Assembly: GCA_965248445.1 (NCBI GenBank)
Contig: CBDFJG010000002.1
Location: 768,001 to 832,000, forward strand
Length of the DNA: 64,000 nucleotides
From: Planctomycetota bacterium
Lineage (GTDB): Bacteria; Planctomycetota; JAJSAM01; JAJVHW01
Reading direction: 5' to 3'
Part shown: one piece after another, positions 19,909 to 29,933 of the stretch
Layout: each line of letters begins with the position of its first letter
Numbering within the stretch: the first letter of the stretch is position 1
Made by a program: the position numbers and the translations under genes
The notes under the pieces: generated by a model
Seen by the model: only the letters and a program-made list of their open reading frames with translations
What the model was told of the DNA's origin: nothing
Databases searched by the model: none

Positions 19909-20838
19909 TCACGCCACCTCCCCGCAGACCCGCCGGGCAACCTCGCCGGCCAGATCCTTCCGGTTGTCGTCGTAGACCAGGACCGTTCGGACGTCGGCGT
20001 GCCGACTGAACAACCGAACGGCCCGCACGTCGCCGTCCATCACGTCGCACGCACGTGTGATCGCGGCATGCCGCAGCTGGTGCGGCGACAGGTCGGGAAT
20101 GCCTGAGGCGCGCCCAGCGGCCGCGACGACGCGCGCGACCTGCCGCGGCGTGATCCCGGTACGCGCCCGCGATCCTCGCGTGAACGAGAGGAAGAGCGGA
20201 CCCGGCGCGGCGCCACGCTCGCGCAGCCACGCGCGAAGCACGCTCACCGTGCCGGGCGCGATCGTCAACCACTCCCGCTCGTGTCGCCCCTTGCCGAGCA
20301 ACGCGACGCGCTCCCCGACCAGGTCGACGTCCTGGAGGCGCAGTCGCGCGACCTCCGTTCTGCGCAGCCCCCGGTCGAGCATCAGGCGAACAACCGCACG
20401 ATCACGCATCTCCTTCGGGGAGCGCGCTCGCTCGAGGAATGCGAGGATCTGTGACACCGACTTCTCATCAGGCCCACGGGTGTCGCGGTAGGTCTGCGCG
20501 CGGATCCCGCTGACGTCGACCTGCCACTGGATCGCTCCACAGAGCCGCGCGAAGCGCACGAGCGAGCGAAGCGCGGTCACCCGGGCGTTGACGGAGTTCG
20601 GCGCCAGCCCGGCGGCGAGCATCTCGGATCGCCACGCCAGCGCGAGTCGGTTCGCGAACCCAGGCCCATGGCCGAGGAGCGCCGCTGCAGCCGCCTGAGG
20701 GGACTCGACGCCGAGGTAGGCAGCGAGCGCGCGCATCGACGACGCGTACCCGCGCCGCGTGAACTCACTCTTCGAGCAGAGGAACTCATCGAGCAGTGCC
20801 GAGGGCTCGAGGTCGACGGCGAGGGGGGCGAGGTTCAT
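19909..20838 (-). CDS. Tyrosine recombinase (XerC/D-like)
   Basis: GLRRTEV (R), LGKG (K), HQLRH (HxxR), SRHAD (H), LVYDD (Y). Confidence 0.9.
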   Translation of the reverse strand: MNLAPLAVDLEPSALLDEFLCSKSEFTRRGYASSMRALAAYLGVESPQAAAAALLGHGPGFANRLALAWRSEMLAAGLAPNSVNARVTALRSLVRFARLCGAIQWQVDVSGIRAQTYRDTRGPDEKSVSQILAFLERARSPKEMRDRAVVRLMLDRGLRRTEVARLRLQDVDLVGERVALLGKGRHEREWLTIAPGTVSVLRAWLRERGAAPGPLFLSFTRGSRARTGITPRQVARVVAAAGRASGIPDLSPHQLRHAAITRACDVMDGDVRAVRLFSRHADVRTVLVYDDNRKDLAGEVARRVCGEVA

Positions 20839-21031
20839 GTCTCCGCTCCATGCTCCGCGGGGGCGGCGCGCGGCCAAGCGGAGTGTCCGCCGTTTCCCCC
20901 AGTCGGGTCAGGCCGCGCGCAGAGAGATCCATGGTGGACCACGGGCCCGTGCTCTTCACGGGCTCCGACAACGTGGTGGTGGCCGTACCTTGACGCCCAT
21001 GCGGATAGTAAACCACGCTTATCGGGTCACG

Positions 21032-21322
21032 TCAACCGTCGGAGCGGCGTTCTTGTCCGGCGGAGTAGCCGGCCTGGTAGGCGGGGCGATCGTAGTCCGG
21101 CCGGCCCACGGCTCCCTCTTCGGGGGATTCGGCGACCTGGTCAGCGAGCCCGTGCTTGCGGCCCCTCTGGTAGTCCCGCTGGTAGGGCCTTCGCGCCGCG
21201 TAGCGATCTCGGGGCTTGGCCGCCGCTTTGCGCAGCAGCTCCTCGAGGGCCTCAAGGTGGTGCTCACCGAGCCGTCGCTCGCGGAGCCACTGTCGCGCCA
21301 GTCGCCGGAATCGATCACTCAC
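21032..21322 (-). CDS. Hypothetical phage protein
   Basis: ORF with YQRGRKHG and YQAGYSAG motifs, divergent from the virion operon. Confidence 0.45.
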   Translation of the reverse strand: MSDRFRRLARQWLRERRLGEHHLEALEELLRKAAAKPRDRYAARRPYQRDYQRGRKHGLADQVAESPEEGAVGRPDYDRPAYQAGYSAGQERRSDG

Positions 21323-21417
21323 AATCAACTTAGTGTATCAGCGGTCGGCGACACCCCCACCGCTTGCAGGCTGCAAGTCGTCCAGCGGCCGCAGTCGAGG
21401 GACGCACGCTCACGGGC

Positions 21418-21774
21418 GTGGACGCACTCCAGCCCTACCGCGACGCCGAACGCGACGAGGACCTCACGGTCCTGCTCGGCAGTCAGGACGCCGCGCGGCT
21501 CTGCAGCGTGTGGCGCCACCTGGCCGCGCCGTGGGCGCCGCCGGACGGTGAGCAGCCCGAGGACCTCGGCGAGCGGTGGCGCTGGCTCTGGGGCAACGTC
21601 TTCGTGGACCCGACGACCCTCGCGCGCACGTCCGGCGTCGCGCTTGTTCGGGTGAGCCGGCTCTTCGGAGCGCTCCGTCGCATGCGGCTGATCTACCCGG
21701 ACGGGTCCCTCCACGACGGCGTCCGCAAGTACTTGGCGTCCCGCGCGCGCCAGCAGATCGGAGACTCGTCGTGA
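21418..21774 (+). CDS. Hypothetical phage protein, possible winged-helix DNA-binding protein
   Basis: PTTLARTSGVALVRVSRLFGALRRMRLI resembles an HTH; stop overlaps the next start (GTGA). Confidence 0.5.
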   Translation: MDALQPYRDAERDEDLTVLLGSQDAARLCSVWRHLAAPWAPPDGEQPEDLGERWRWLWGNVFVDPTTLARTSGVALVRVSRLFGALRRMRLIYPDGSLHDGVRKYLASRARQQIGDSS

Positions 21775-22376
21775 GCTTTCCCGAAGACCGACCCGCCAAG
21801 GGCGCGAGCGAGCACGAGTTCCACTCGATCCGCGCAAGCGACATGCGCGCTTACGTCACGTATCTCGGCCTCTGCGAGCAACTCGGCCGCGACCCCGGCC
21901 TTGAGGAGTGCCTGCAGGTGGTCCAGTGCTACAGCCGATTCAGCCACGTCACGAAGATCGTCCCGGACGGGCAGATGCAGGGCAACCAGGGCGCCATCTC
22001 CCGCAAGAGCGTGCGGCGGATCGTGCGCCGGATGCTCAGTCGCGTGACGGAGCACCTAGGGGACACAGAGCGCCTACAGCAGCGAAGGGGCCGGATCATC
22101 GATCTCGCGCACGGCCTCGCGCAGCAGCTCGTCGCGATCGACGGCGCGTACGACGACAACCCCAAGCTGTTCAAGGAGAAGGTCAAGGCGTGCACGGACC
22201 TCCTCCGCGTGTGCGGCGCCTCACTCGAGGAGAAGGGCGGCGGCGCGAAGGTCACGGTGAACAACCACCTCGGCGCCGCGCTCCCTCCCGAGGTGCAGGA
22301 AGAGCTCGAGGCGCTCCGCCAGGAGAACTACCAGCTCAAGCAGCGGAACCGTCTGGCGGCCGACTCGCTGAACTGA
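21771..22376 (+). CDS. Putative terminase small subunit
   Basis: Position directly before the large terminase; helical protein with a KVTVNN segment near the C-terminus; positional call only. Confidence 0.45.
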   Translation: MSFPEDRPAKGASEHEFHSIRASDMRAYVTYLGLCEQLGRDPGLEECLQVVQCYSRFSHVTKIVPDGQMQGNQGAISRKSVRRIVRRMLSRVTEHLGDTERLQQRRGRIIDLAHGLAQQLVAIDGAYDDNPKLFKEKVKACTDLLRVCGASLEEKGGGAKVTVNNHLGAALPPEVQEELEALRQENYQLKQRNRLAADSLN

Positions 22377-22377
22377 C

Positions 22378-24009
22378 GTGGCTGTTCCGAGAAGCGTCGA
22401 CCTGCGCAACGGCCAGTCCGTCGACGCGTGGCAGAACAGGCACGCCAACCTGATCACCGAGCAGGGCGAGAAGCTCCCGTTCATCGACAACTCGGCGCAG
22501 CGCATCCTCGCCACCAAGCTCGCCGCGTTCGCCGAGAGGGCGCGTGTCGAACGCCGCCAGCAGCGCAGCCTGATCATCAAGCCGCGGCGCGCAGGGTTCA
22601 CGTCCAAGTTGCTCGCGCGTCTCGTGATCCGCGCGTGCACCGAGTTCCGGCGGCGCTTCCTGTACGTGAACATCAACGAGAAGAAGTGCAAGGAGGCCAT
22701 CCGGGACATCGGCCGCCCGGTCTGCGAGCACCTGCCCGCGTACGCGCGGCCCACGCTTCGCAACGCCGAGGCGCTGCTCGAGCTGGCGTTCGTCGAGACC
22801 GAGAGCCGGGTGCTCACCGAGGTCGCGTCGGTGGCTGGCGCCGGCCGCGGCGGCGGCTACTCCGAGGGCCTGTGGGATGAGCCGCCCCGCATCAAAGAGC
22901 GAATGCCGACGCTCGACGACCAGCTGCGCTACCTGCGCGGCGCGTTGCTCCCTGCCTTCAAGCACGGCCCCTTCCACATGCTGTTCACGCCCGACGGCGT
23001 GAGCGACATCACGTACTTCCTGTGGCACGAGAGCAAGCGGGGCGGCAACGACTGGGACCGGGTCCTGATCACGCACTGGGAGTGCGACGACACCCTGATC
23101 ACGGACCTCACCACCGAGCAGTTCGAGGAGATCCGGGACACGCTCACCGATGAGGAGACCCACCTCCTCGATCTGAACGGAACCCAGGGCTCCGAGCGCA
23201 TCTGGCGCATCGCGTGGCGGCGCCGACAGATGCGCGAGTCCGGCAAGGAATTCCCCCAGGAGTACCCCGAGGACGACGTCAGCTGCTGGATCGCGCCCGG
23301 CACCACGCTCTTCGAGGCCGACGACCTGACGCATCAAGCGCAAGTCGCGCGCGCCCCGATCGCGGCCGGCAGCGACCTCGCTGGCCAGGATGACAAGTGG
23401 GCGCCGAGACGCGACGGGCAGATCCTGTACTACCTGCCGCCCAGCCCGGACCACGAGTACCTGGTCGTCACCGACTTCGGCGTCGGCCGCGGGACCGGCG
23501 ACCCCTCGATGAGCCTCGTGGGCGATCTCGACACGGGTGAGATCGTCGCCGAGTTCTACGGGTTCTACGATCCGCGCCTCTTCACGCGGCTGACCATCGA
23601 GCACCTCTGCCGGCCCTACGAGGAGGCCCTGTGGGCGCCCGAGTCGAACGTCGGTCCGGGTCGCGGGATGCCCGAGTACGCGATGCAGGACCTGGAGTAC
23701 GTGCGGCTCTACCGACACGTGCGCTGGGAGGGCGTGAAGCCCGTGTGGGCGAACGAGTGGGGCTGGCCGACGGACCCCGGGACGCGACCCAAGATGCTGG
23801 ACTGCGCGTACGACGCGCTGCGCGACAGGTCCGTCCAGGTGAACTCCGAACGCGTCCTTGCAGACCTCCAGGCATTCAAGCTCCGGCAGCGCCACGGTAG
23901 GGCTGACCGCTACGAGGCGGAGCCGGGAGCGCACGACGAGGGCGCGGTCTGCCTCGGCATGTTCACGTACATCCGGGAACGCGGCCAGGTCCGCATCGGG
24001 ATCGGATAG
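22378..24009 (+). CDS. Phage terminase large subunit
   Basis: Walker A-like IIKPRRAGFTS, Walker B GLWDE, FPQEYP, nuclease VVTDFGVG, PESN, GAHDE. Confidence 0.85.
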   Translation: MAVPRSVDLRNGQSVDAWQNRHANLITEQGEKLPFIDNSAQRILATKLAAFAERARVERRQQRSLIIKPRRAGFTSKLLARLVIRACTEFRRRFLYVNINEKKCKEAIRDIGRPVCEHLPAYARPTLRNAEALLELAFVETESRVLTEVASVAGAGRGGGYSEGLWDEPPRIKERMPTLDDQLRYLRGALLPAFKHGPFHMLFTPDGVSDITYFLWHESKRGGNDWDRVLITHWECDDTLITDLTTEQFEEIRDTLTDEETHLLDLNGTQGSERIWRIAWRRRQMRESGKEFPQEYPEDDVSCWIAPGTTLFEADDLTHQAQVARAPIAAGSDLAGQDDKWAPRRDGQILYYLPPSPDHEYLVVTDFGVGRGTGDPSMSLVGDLDTGEIVAEFYGFYDPRLFTRLTIEHLCRPYEEALWAPESNVGPGRGMPEYAMQDLEYVRLYRHVRWEGVKPVWANEWGWPTDPGTRPKMLDCAYDALRDRSVQVNSERVLADLQAFKLRQRHGRADRYEAEPGAHDEGAVCLGMFTYIRERGQVRIGIG

Positions 24010-24012
24010 CCC

Positions 24013-26046
24013 ATGGTCAAGGAGATCTCGAACCTCTCACCGGAGGCGTTCCTGCGGGGCCTCAAGGGCCTCATGCAGGAGAACGGCGAGTTCGTCGAGG
24101 CGTACAAGCAGGACCCGACCGTGTTCGCGGGTGTGCGCGCGATCCAGCGCAACATCGCGGCGCTCGAGGTCGTCGCGTACGACAGCCCGGACCCGCGAAC
24201 GCGTAAGCCAGCGACCGGCCCCGCGGCAGACGCGCTGAACCGTCTGCTTCGCAAGCCGAACCCGTGGCTGAACGGTCGCGACTTCCGGAAGCTCGGAGTC
24301 GTCTACCAGGTGCTCGACGGCGAGAGCACGATGGTGCTGCGCACGGAGACACTCGATCCCGTCAGCGACGAGAGCGCACAGCCGCGTTGGATCTCGATCC
24401 ATCCGCGCCGCGAGGTTGAGTTCGACACGAACGGCCTCCGGCTGACGTGGCGCATCCAGGGCAAAGAGGTCCCGGACGAGGCTGTCATCCAAGTCAAGGA
24501 CCCCGACCCCTGGAACTCTCGCCGAGGCATGGGGGTCAGCGGCCCGCTGCACCTGACGTCCAAGATCTCGTGGAACGCGCGCAGCTACCTCTCTGCGTTC
24601 TTCGAGAACGGCGCCGATCCCGGCGGCTTCATCACCTCTCCGATGCCGCTCACCAACCGCCAGGTGACGGACTACATCAAGCAGTGGGAGCAGCGCCACG
24701 GCGGCGCGCGGAAGGCGAAGAAGGTCGGGATCCTGCACGGCGGCGCGGACTACAAGACCATCCAGCAGAACCATGGCGACATGCGCCTGCTGGAGCTGCT
24801 CAAGCACATGCGGCTCGACGCGCTCATGGTGATCGGGGTCCCCGAGAGCGAGCTCGGGATGATCAAGGACGCCACGTACAGCAACGGGGTCAGCGCGAAC
24901 GCCGGCTTCTGGATCCAGACCCTCCTCCCGCTCGCGCTCGAGGACGAAGAGGCGTACAACGACCCAACCGTCGGACTCGGCCGGCGGTTCGGCGGGATCT
25001 ACGTCGGGTACGACCTGACGCGGGTCAAGCAGATCCTGCAGCAGATCGAGCGGAAGACGGACGCCTACACGAAGCTCGTGCAGTACGCGGTCCCGCCCGA
25101 CACCGCGGCGTGGCTGCTCGGACTCGAGATCCCCGAGATCAAGCACGGCAAGACGCCTTTCATCCAGACGAACCTCACGACCGTCGAGGCCGTCGTCAAG
25201 GGCGCCACGGCGCCACAGGTCAGCGGCGGCGACGACGAGGAGCCAGAGGACGAGGGCGGAGACGATCCACCCGACGACGAGGACGAGGAGCGCTCACTCG
25301 GCCAGCGCCGCCGGCGGGCCCTTCGTGCACGTGAGCGCGTTGACGTGCTGTGCGCCGTCGCCGAACGGAAGTCGAGCCGCGTAGTGAAGTCCCTGATCGT
25401 CGCCATGCGCAAGGAGCAGCTCGAGCTGCTCGACGTCTTGGACGACATCGAGCGCGCGTACAGCAAGGACGCCGCGAAGGCGGCCGTCGTGCGCGGCGAC
25501 TCGTTCGTCGACACGTTCCTGGACGCAATCGACGAGGTGTTCGAGTTCGCGATCGAGGAGGCCGCGGAGACCGTCGAACTGGAGATCGGCCGCAGCCTGT
25601 CGGTGTACGACATCCAGCACCCGCAGATCACGAGCTACGTCGACACCCTCCGGACGCAGGTCCGGGACATCCCGGACTCGATCCAGAAGGCGCTCAGCGA
25701 GACGCTCGGCGAGGGCATCGAGGCCAACGAGACCGTGCCGGATCTCAAGCTCCGCGTGAAGGCCACGATGAACGCCCAGACCAAGCGCGCGGAGTCGATC
25801 GCGCAGACCACGTCAGGCGAGGCCGTCAACGGCGGGCGCTACGAGGTCATGTCGATCGAGGGCGTGGCGAAGCACGAATGGTCCTCGTTCATCGACGACG
25901 CGACACGCCAGAGCCACATCGAGCTGGACGGCGAGGTGGTCGAGATCGGCAAGCCGTTCAGCAACGGGCTGCGCTTCCCGCTCGACCCGCAGGGGCCGGC
26001 CGACGAGGTCGTCCGATGCCGGTGTGTCGCCCTGGCGGTCGACTGA
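24013..26046 (+). CDS. HK97-type portal protein fused to a Mu gpF / SPP1 gp7-like minor head domain
   Basis: KPNPW, FFENGA.PGG, IGVP portal motifs; acidic linker; C-terminal KHEW...TRQSH...DG...LRFPLDP...CRC. Confidence 0.85.
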   Translation: MVKEISNLSPEAFLRGLKGLMQENGEFVEAYKQDPTVFAGVRAIQRNIAALEVVAYDSPDPRTRKPATGPAADALNRLLRKPNPWLNGRDFRKLGVVYQVLDGESTMVLRTETLDPVSDESAQPRWISIHPRREVEFDTNGLRLTWRIQGKEVPDEAVIQVKDPDPWNSRRGMGVSGPLHLTSKISWNARSYLSAFFENGADPGGFITSPMPLTNRQVTDYIKQWEQRHGGARKAKKVGILHGGADYKTIQQNHGDMRLLELLKHMRLDALMVIGVPESELGMIKDATYSNGVSANAGFWIQTLLPLALEDEEAYNDPTVGLGRRFGGIYVGYDLTRVKQILQQIERKTDAYTKLVQYAVPPDTAAWLLGLEIPEIKHGKTPFIQTNLTTVEAVVKGATAPQVSGGDDEEPEDEGGDDPPDDEDEERSLGQRRRRALRARERVDVLCAVAERKSSRVVKSLIVAMRKEQLELLDVLDDIERAYSKDAAKAAVVRGDSFVDTFLDAIDEVFEFAIEEAAETVELEIGRSLSVYDIQHPQITSYVDTLRTQVRDIPDSIQKALSETLGEGIEANETVPDLKLRVKATMNAQTKRAESIAQTTSGEAVNGGRYEVMSIEGVAKHEWSSFIDDATRQSHIELDGEVVEIGKPFSNGLRFPLDPQGPADEVVRCRCVALAVD

Positions 26047-26099
26047 CCCCGGTCCGCTTGCAGGCTCCCTGATGTCGTTCTGAGCCGGGCCCCGGTCGT

Positions 26100-26990
26100 G
26101 TGCTGATGCGCATGACCACCACAGCCGCCCTCCCCGCCGACCTCGACTTCAGCAAGGAGCAGGAGCTCATCCTGCCGGTCCGGGCACACGTGCGCATGCC
26201 GAAGGGCGCGGACCCCAACGAGCCCGTGATCACGATCGTCGGGAACGCCGAGACCGCGGACAGCTTCGACACCGCGTTCGTGCAGAAGGGCATGGACGCC
26301 CGCCGGTTCCGGGAGAACCCGGTCTTCCTGCGCCAGCACGAGTCCTGGGAGCTGCCCCTCGGCATCGCCGAGAAGTGGTGGGTCGAGACGATCAAGGTGC
26401 GCATGCGCGGGCAGCGGAAGCGTGTCGACCGACCGGCGACGCTGTTCCAGATCCGCTTCGACGTCGCGGACGATCCCGAGGACGACGACGAGGACCAGAA
26501 GCTCGCGCGCCGCTACCTCGAGCGCTACCGGCGCAGCATGCTGCGCGGCGCCTCGATCCGCTTCTCGATCCCGCCGGGTGGCGCGGAGTTCGCGGACAAG
26601 CTGAGCGACGAGGAGCGCGAGTACTACGGGCTGAGCGAGTTCGGCGTGCTCTTCCGGAAGTGGGAGCTGATCGAGCTCTCGGCCGTCACGCTCCCGAGCA
26701 ACGAGCACTCCCTTCTCGTGCGGTCCGCGCGCGGCGGGAGCCCTTGCACGCCCGCCGAGTTCCAGCGCATGCGGACGGAACTCGATGCTCTGCGCCACGA
26801 AGTGACGGAGCTTCGGTCCCTCGCGAGAGATGACCCGGAGTCCAGCGCGGGAGAGTCGCCGGAGAGCGCCCCCGCAGAGGGCCCCGACCCCGCGAGTGCG
26901 AGCCGGTCCGATCCGGGGGCGTCCCCGGCGGGCCCGTCTGACACGGCACTCGAGCGGTTCGCGCGTCTCTCCCGCCCCCGCGGCAGTTGA
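26100..26990 (+). CDS. HK97-family prohead protease
   Basis: NPVFLRQH, LRGASIRF, ELIELSAVTLPSN; exact start uncertain. Confidence 0.8.
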   Translation: MLMRMTTTAALPADLDFSKEQELILPVRAHVRMPKGADPNEPVITIVGNAETADSFDTAFVQKGMDARRFRENPVFLRQHESWELPLGIAEKWWVETIKVRMRGQRKRVDRPATLFQIRFDVADDPEDDDEDQKLARRYLERYRRSMLRGASIRFSIPPGGAEFADKLSDEEREYYGLSEFGVLFRKWELIELSAVTLPSNEHSLLVRSARGGSPCTPAEFQRMRTELDALRHEVTELRSLARDDPESSAGESPESAPAEGPDPASASRSDPGASPAGPSDTALERFARLSRPRGS

Positions 26991-27027
26991 CCCGCAGAGC
27001 ACTCGACAGCACTCAACGAGGTCACCC

Positions 27028-28395
27028 ATGAGTCAGACCGCCACCCCCGAAAGCACGGGGAACCCGGCGCTCGACCAGGCACTCGAGAACCTGCGCACCG
27101 TCACCGAGGAGCACGCGACGCTCGCCAACGAGCTGCGCGAGCTGCGCGACGCCGGCGGGGCGCACGACAAGCGTTTGAAGTCCCTCGAGGACAACCTGCG
27201 CAAGCTCGAAGACGTCGAGCAGCGCCTGGAGCGCATCGCGGACAAGGTCGCGCGGGCCGACGCGCCCGTCAACATGACGGAGAAGAACAAGAAGGACTTC
27301 GCGATCGGCAAGGTCGCGCAGGCCCTCTTCCGCGACTTCCACAACGAGCGCGAGCCCTGGCGTGACGCCGAGCTCGAGCGCGAGGTCGTCGAGGAGGCGC
27401 ACCGGAAGGTCCAGGATCAGGTCCGGCAGATCCCGGTGTCCGAGCGCACGCACGGAACAGTCATCGAGGAGAAGGCGGGAATGCTCGTCCCCTCGATGGC
27501 GATCCCGGACTTCACCGAACTGCTCCGCGCGCAGCTCGTCCTGCCGACGCTCGGCGCGCGCGTCGTGAACGACCTGGTCGGACACCGCGTGCAGATCCCC
27601 GGCCTGAACACCGGGGTCGTGAGCGCGTGGTACGGCGAGTCGGTCGCGATCGCGGAGAGCGAGGCGACCTTCAAGGCCCGCTACCTCGAACCGCATCGCA
27701 TCGGGACGCACGTCCGGCTGGCCAACAACCTGCTGCGCTGGTCGCCGATGGCCGTCCAGGACATCCTCGAGACGGACATGGTCGAGTCCATGGCCGTCAA
27801 GATGGAGAACGGCTTCCTGTTCGGCACCGAGGTCGGCGAGGAGCCGCTCGGCCTGGTCAACGACCCGGACGTGACGCAGATCACGATCGGGCCGGACGGC
27901 AACACGGGCGGGCGCTTCAGCATCCGGACCGTGCCGGACCTCGAGTACGAGCTCGAGAGCCGCAACCACCGCATCGGCGACGACGCGGGCTTCCTGTTCG
28001 GGCCCGGCCCGAAGCGCCTCCTGAAGAAGGAAGGCGTCGAGCAGTTCAGCGCGCAGGGCGTGGACGCCGGCCAGCCGTACGTGGTGCCGGGCATCTCGGA
28101 TCAGGCCCTGGGCAACCTGCTCGGTTACCGGTTCGCCAGCACCAGTGCGGTGCCGACGGACCTGACCAAGGGCAGCGCCACCGGCCTGACCTACGTGATC
28201 TTCGCCCTGTGGCGGCAGCTGATGATCGGCCACTGGGGCGGCCTGCGCATGCGGGCCAGCAACCAGGCGTCGTTCGGAAGCAACTCCGCCTTCCTGCAGG
28301 ACGAGACCTGGATCGTGGCCGAGCGCACGGTCGACGCACTCCTGCGTCGGCCCGACGCGGCCGTCGTCGTCACGGACGCGCTGAACAGCGTCTAG
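27028..28395 (+). CDS. HK97-fold major capsid protein
   Basis: N-terminal coiled-coil delta domain, AGMLVP, FLFGT...EPLGL, LLGY, FLQDET...ERTVD...RP. Confidence 0.88.
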   Translation: MSQTATPESTGNPALDQALENLRTVTEEHATLANELRELRDAGGAHDKRLKSLEDNLRKLEDVEQRLERIADKVARADAPVNMTEKNKKDFAIGKVAQALFRDFHNEREPWRDAELEREVVEEAHRKVQDQVRQIPVSERTHGTVIEEKAGMLVPSMAIPDFTELLRAQLVLPTLGARVVNDLVGHRVQIPGLNTGVVSAWYGESVAIAESEATFKARYLEPHRIGTHVRLANNLLRWSPMAVQDILETDMVESMAVKMENGFLFGTEVGEEPLGLVNDPDVTQITIGPDGNTGGRFSIRTVPDLEYELESRNHRIGDDAGFLFGPGPKRLLKKEGVEQFSAQGVDAGQPYVVPGISDQALGNLLGYRFASTSAVPTDLTKGSATGLTYVIFALWRQLMIGHWGGLRMRASNQASFGSNSAFLQDETWIVAERTVDALLRRPDAAVVVTDALNSV

Positions 28396-28411
28396 TGATC
28401 CTGACTCTCAG

Positions 28412-28436
28412 GGGGCCGGCTGTGTAGGCCGGCCCC
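28412..28436 (+). terminator. Stem-loop after the major capsid gene
   Basis: GGGGCCGGC-TGTGTAG-GCCGGCCCC; no U-tract. Confidence 0.45.
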
Positions 28437-28466
28437 ACCACCCCAACACGCGAAAGAGAGAACCAG

Positions 28467-28883
28467 ATGCCCAGCATGCAGCCCAGCTTCCACGGGAAGC
28501 CGCTCCTCGGGCTCCGTCCGGACGCCTACGGCACCGGCACGCACGACGCCACGATCGACACGCGTGGGTACAAGTGGATGCGCATCGCGAGCCTGGTCGG
28601 CGACATCGCCTCGGGCGGCACCCTCACGGTGTCCGTGCTCGAGGGCGACGCGTCGGATGGCTCGGACGCCGTCGCCATCACCGGCGCGGCGTTCACCGCA
28701 CTCACGCCCGCGGGTGACCGCGTGGTGAACCACGGCGAGCTCTACCTCGCTCCGCGGAAGAGGTACGTCACCGTCCGCGCCGTCCTCGCGGGGGCGGGTG
28801 GCGACATCGCGGTGCCGGTCGACCTGTGCGCGGCTCGCGAGGAGCCGGCCACGTCCGACGTGGCCTTCTCGGTCCTGGTCTAG
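28467..28883 (+). CDS. Putative capsid cement/decoration protein
   Basis: Beta-rich 138 aa directly after the capsid gene; IDTRGY...KRYVTV pattern. Confidence 0.5.
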   Translation: MPSMQPSFHGKPLLGLRPDAYGTGTHDATIDTRGYKWMRIASLVGDIASGGTLTVSVLEGDASDGSDAVAITGAAFTALTPAGDRVVNHGELYLAPRKRYVTVRAVLAGAGGDIAVPVDLCAAREEPATSDVAFSVLV

Positions 28884-28907
28884 GACGAGACCCCGACGAC
28901 ATGACCC

Positions 28908-28936
28908 GCGGCGGGGTCCACACCGGGCCCCGCCGC
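28908..28936 (+). terminator. Stem-loop between head and connector genes
   Basis: GCGGCGGGGTCC-ACACC-GGGCCCCGCCGC (12-bp stem, one G:U pair). Confidence 0.5.
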
Positions 28937-28952
28937 TTCGCCAGGAGGCGCG

Positions 28953-29542
28953 ATGTCCGTCCACTTCACAACCGTCGACCTGGTTCGAGCGGCTCTCGCG
29001 CCGCAGACGCCGACGCACGCCTCCAGGCGCTGATCACGCGCGTGACAGGAGCCTTCGAGCGCGAACTCGACCGCTACGTCGAGGCCAAGGCCCGGACCGA
29101 GCAGCGCGACGTCGCGTCCGGCCAGCGTCACTTCTCGCTGCCGGGCTACCCGGTGAGCGCGCTCGCGTCGGTGAAGTTCGACCACACGCGCGCCTTCTCA
29201 GGCAGTGAGACCACACTCGCCGCCGATCGCTACTACATCCCGCTGAACCAGCGCGACGAGCACCTGCTGTTCATCGAGGACGTGCTCTACACGGGCCGCG
29301 GGGTCCTACAGGTCACGTGGACGGGCGGGATGGGCGTCGACACCGACAGCGTCATCGCCGCGTACCCAGAGCTGTCCGACGCCGCGACGCTCGAGGTCGC
29401 CAATCTCTGGCAACGGCGGGACACACTGAGTCAGGTCGCCCACGCCAGTGGTGCTGACAACATCACGTACGCTCCCCTCAAGCTCCTGCCGGAGACGATG
29501 CGCCGCCTGCACCTGCGGAAGCGGGTGGCCTATGCAGCTTGA
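28953..29542 (+). CDS. Head-tail connector (gp6-like) with an apparent 1-nt deletion near 28998
   Basis: AGGAGG RBS then ATG: MSVHFTTVDLVRAAL; continues in another frame as AADADARLQALI...FERELDR...VTWTGG...PELSDA; span is 590 nt. Confidence 0.65.
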
Positions 29543-29933
29543 GGTCCGCCGCGTCTCGGGGAACGTGATCGACCTCGCGCTGCGCGCGGAGCGTCGTCGT
29601 CCGGGCGTTCTGCGACGAGGCCTGCGGAAGTTCGGGAACCGCTTCAAGCGCCGCGCCGCGAAGGAGTACTTCACGGGCGCCGGCGGGCTGCGTCGCGTGA
29701 CGGGGTCGGCCGCCCGAGGGTGGCACCACCTGATCACCGGCCGCGGACTGAACCTGACGCTCCACGTCTGGAACAACGTCCCATACGTCCGCTTCCACGT
29801 GGACGACTACGAGCCCCTGGGCAGCCCTCGTCGACACGAAGCGGTGGTGAAGACCGGCGACCTCTGGGAGGAGATGCTGGACGGCGAGGCCCTGCTCGAC
29901 GCGTTCGACGACGCGATCCGAGGGAGGCGCTGA
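29532..29933 (+). CDS. Putative neck/tail-completion protein (HK97 gp10-like)
   Basis: Basic protein with VTG...RGW and NNVPYVRFH; position after the connector. Confidence 0.5.
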   Translation: MQLEVRRVSGNVIDLALRAERRRPGVLRRGLRKFGNRFKRRAAKEYFTGAGGLRRVTGSAARGWHHLITGRGLNLTLHVWNNVPYVRFHVDDYEPLGSPRRHEAVVKTGDLWEEMLDGEALLDAFDDAIRGRR

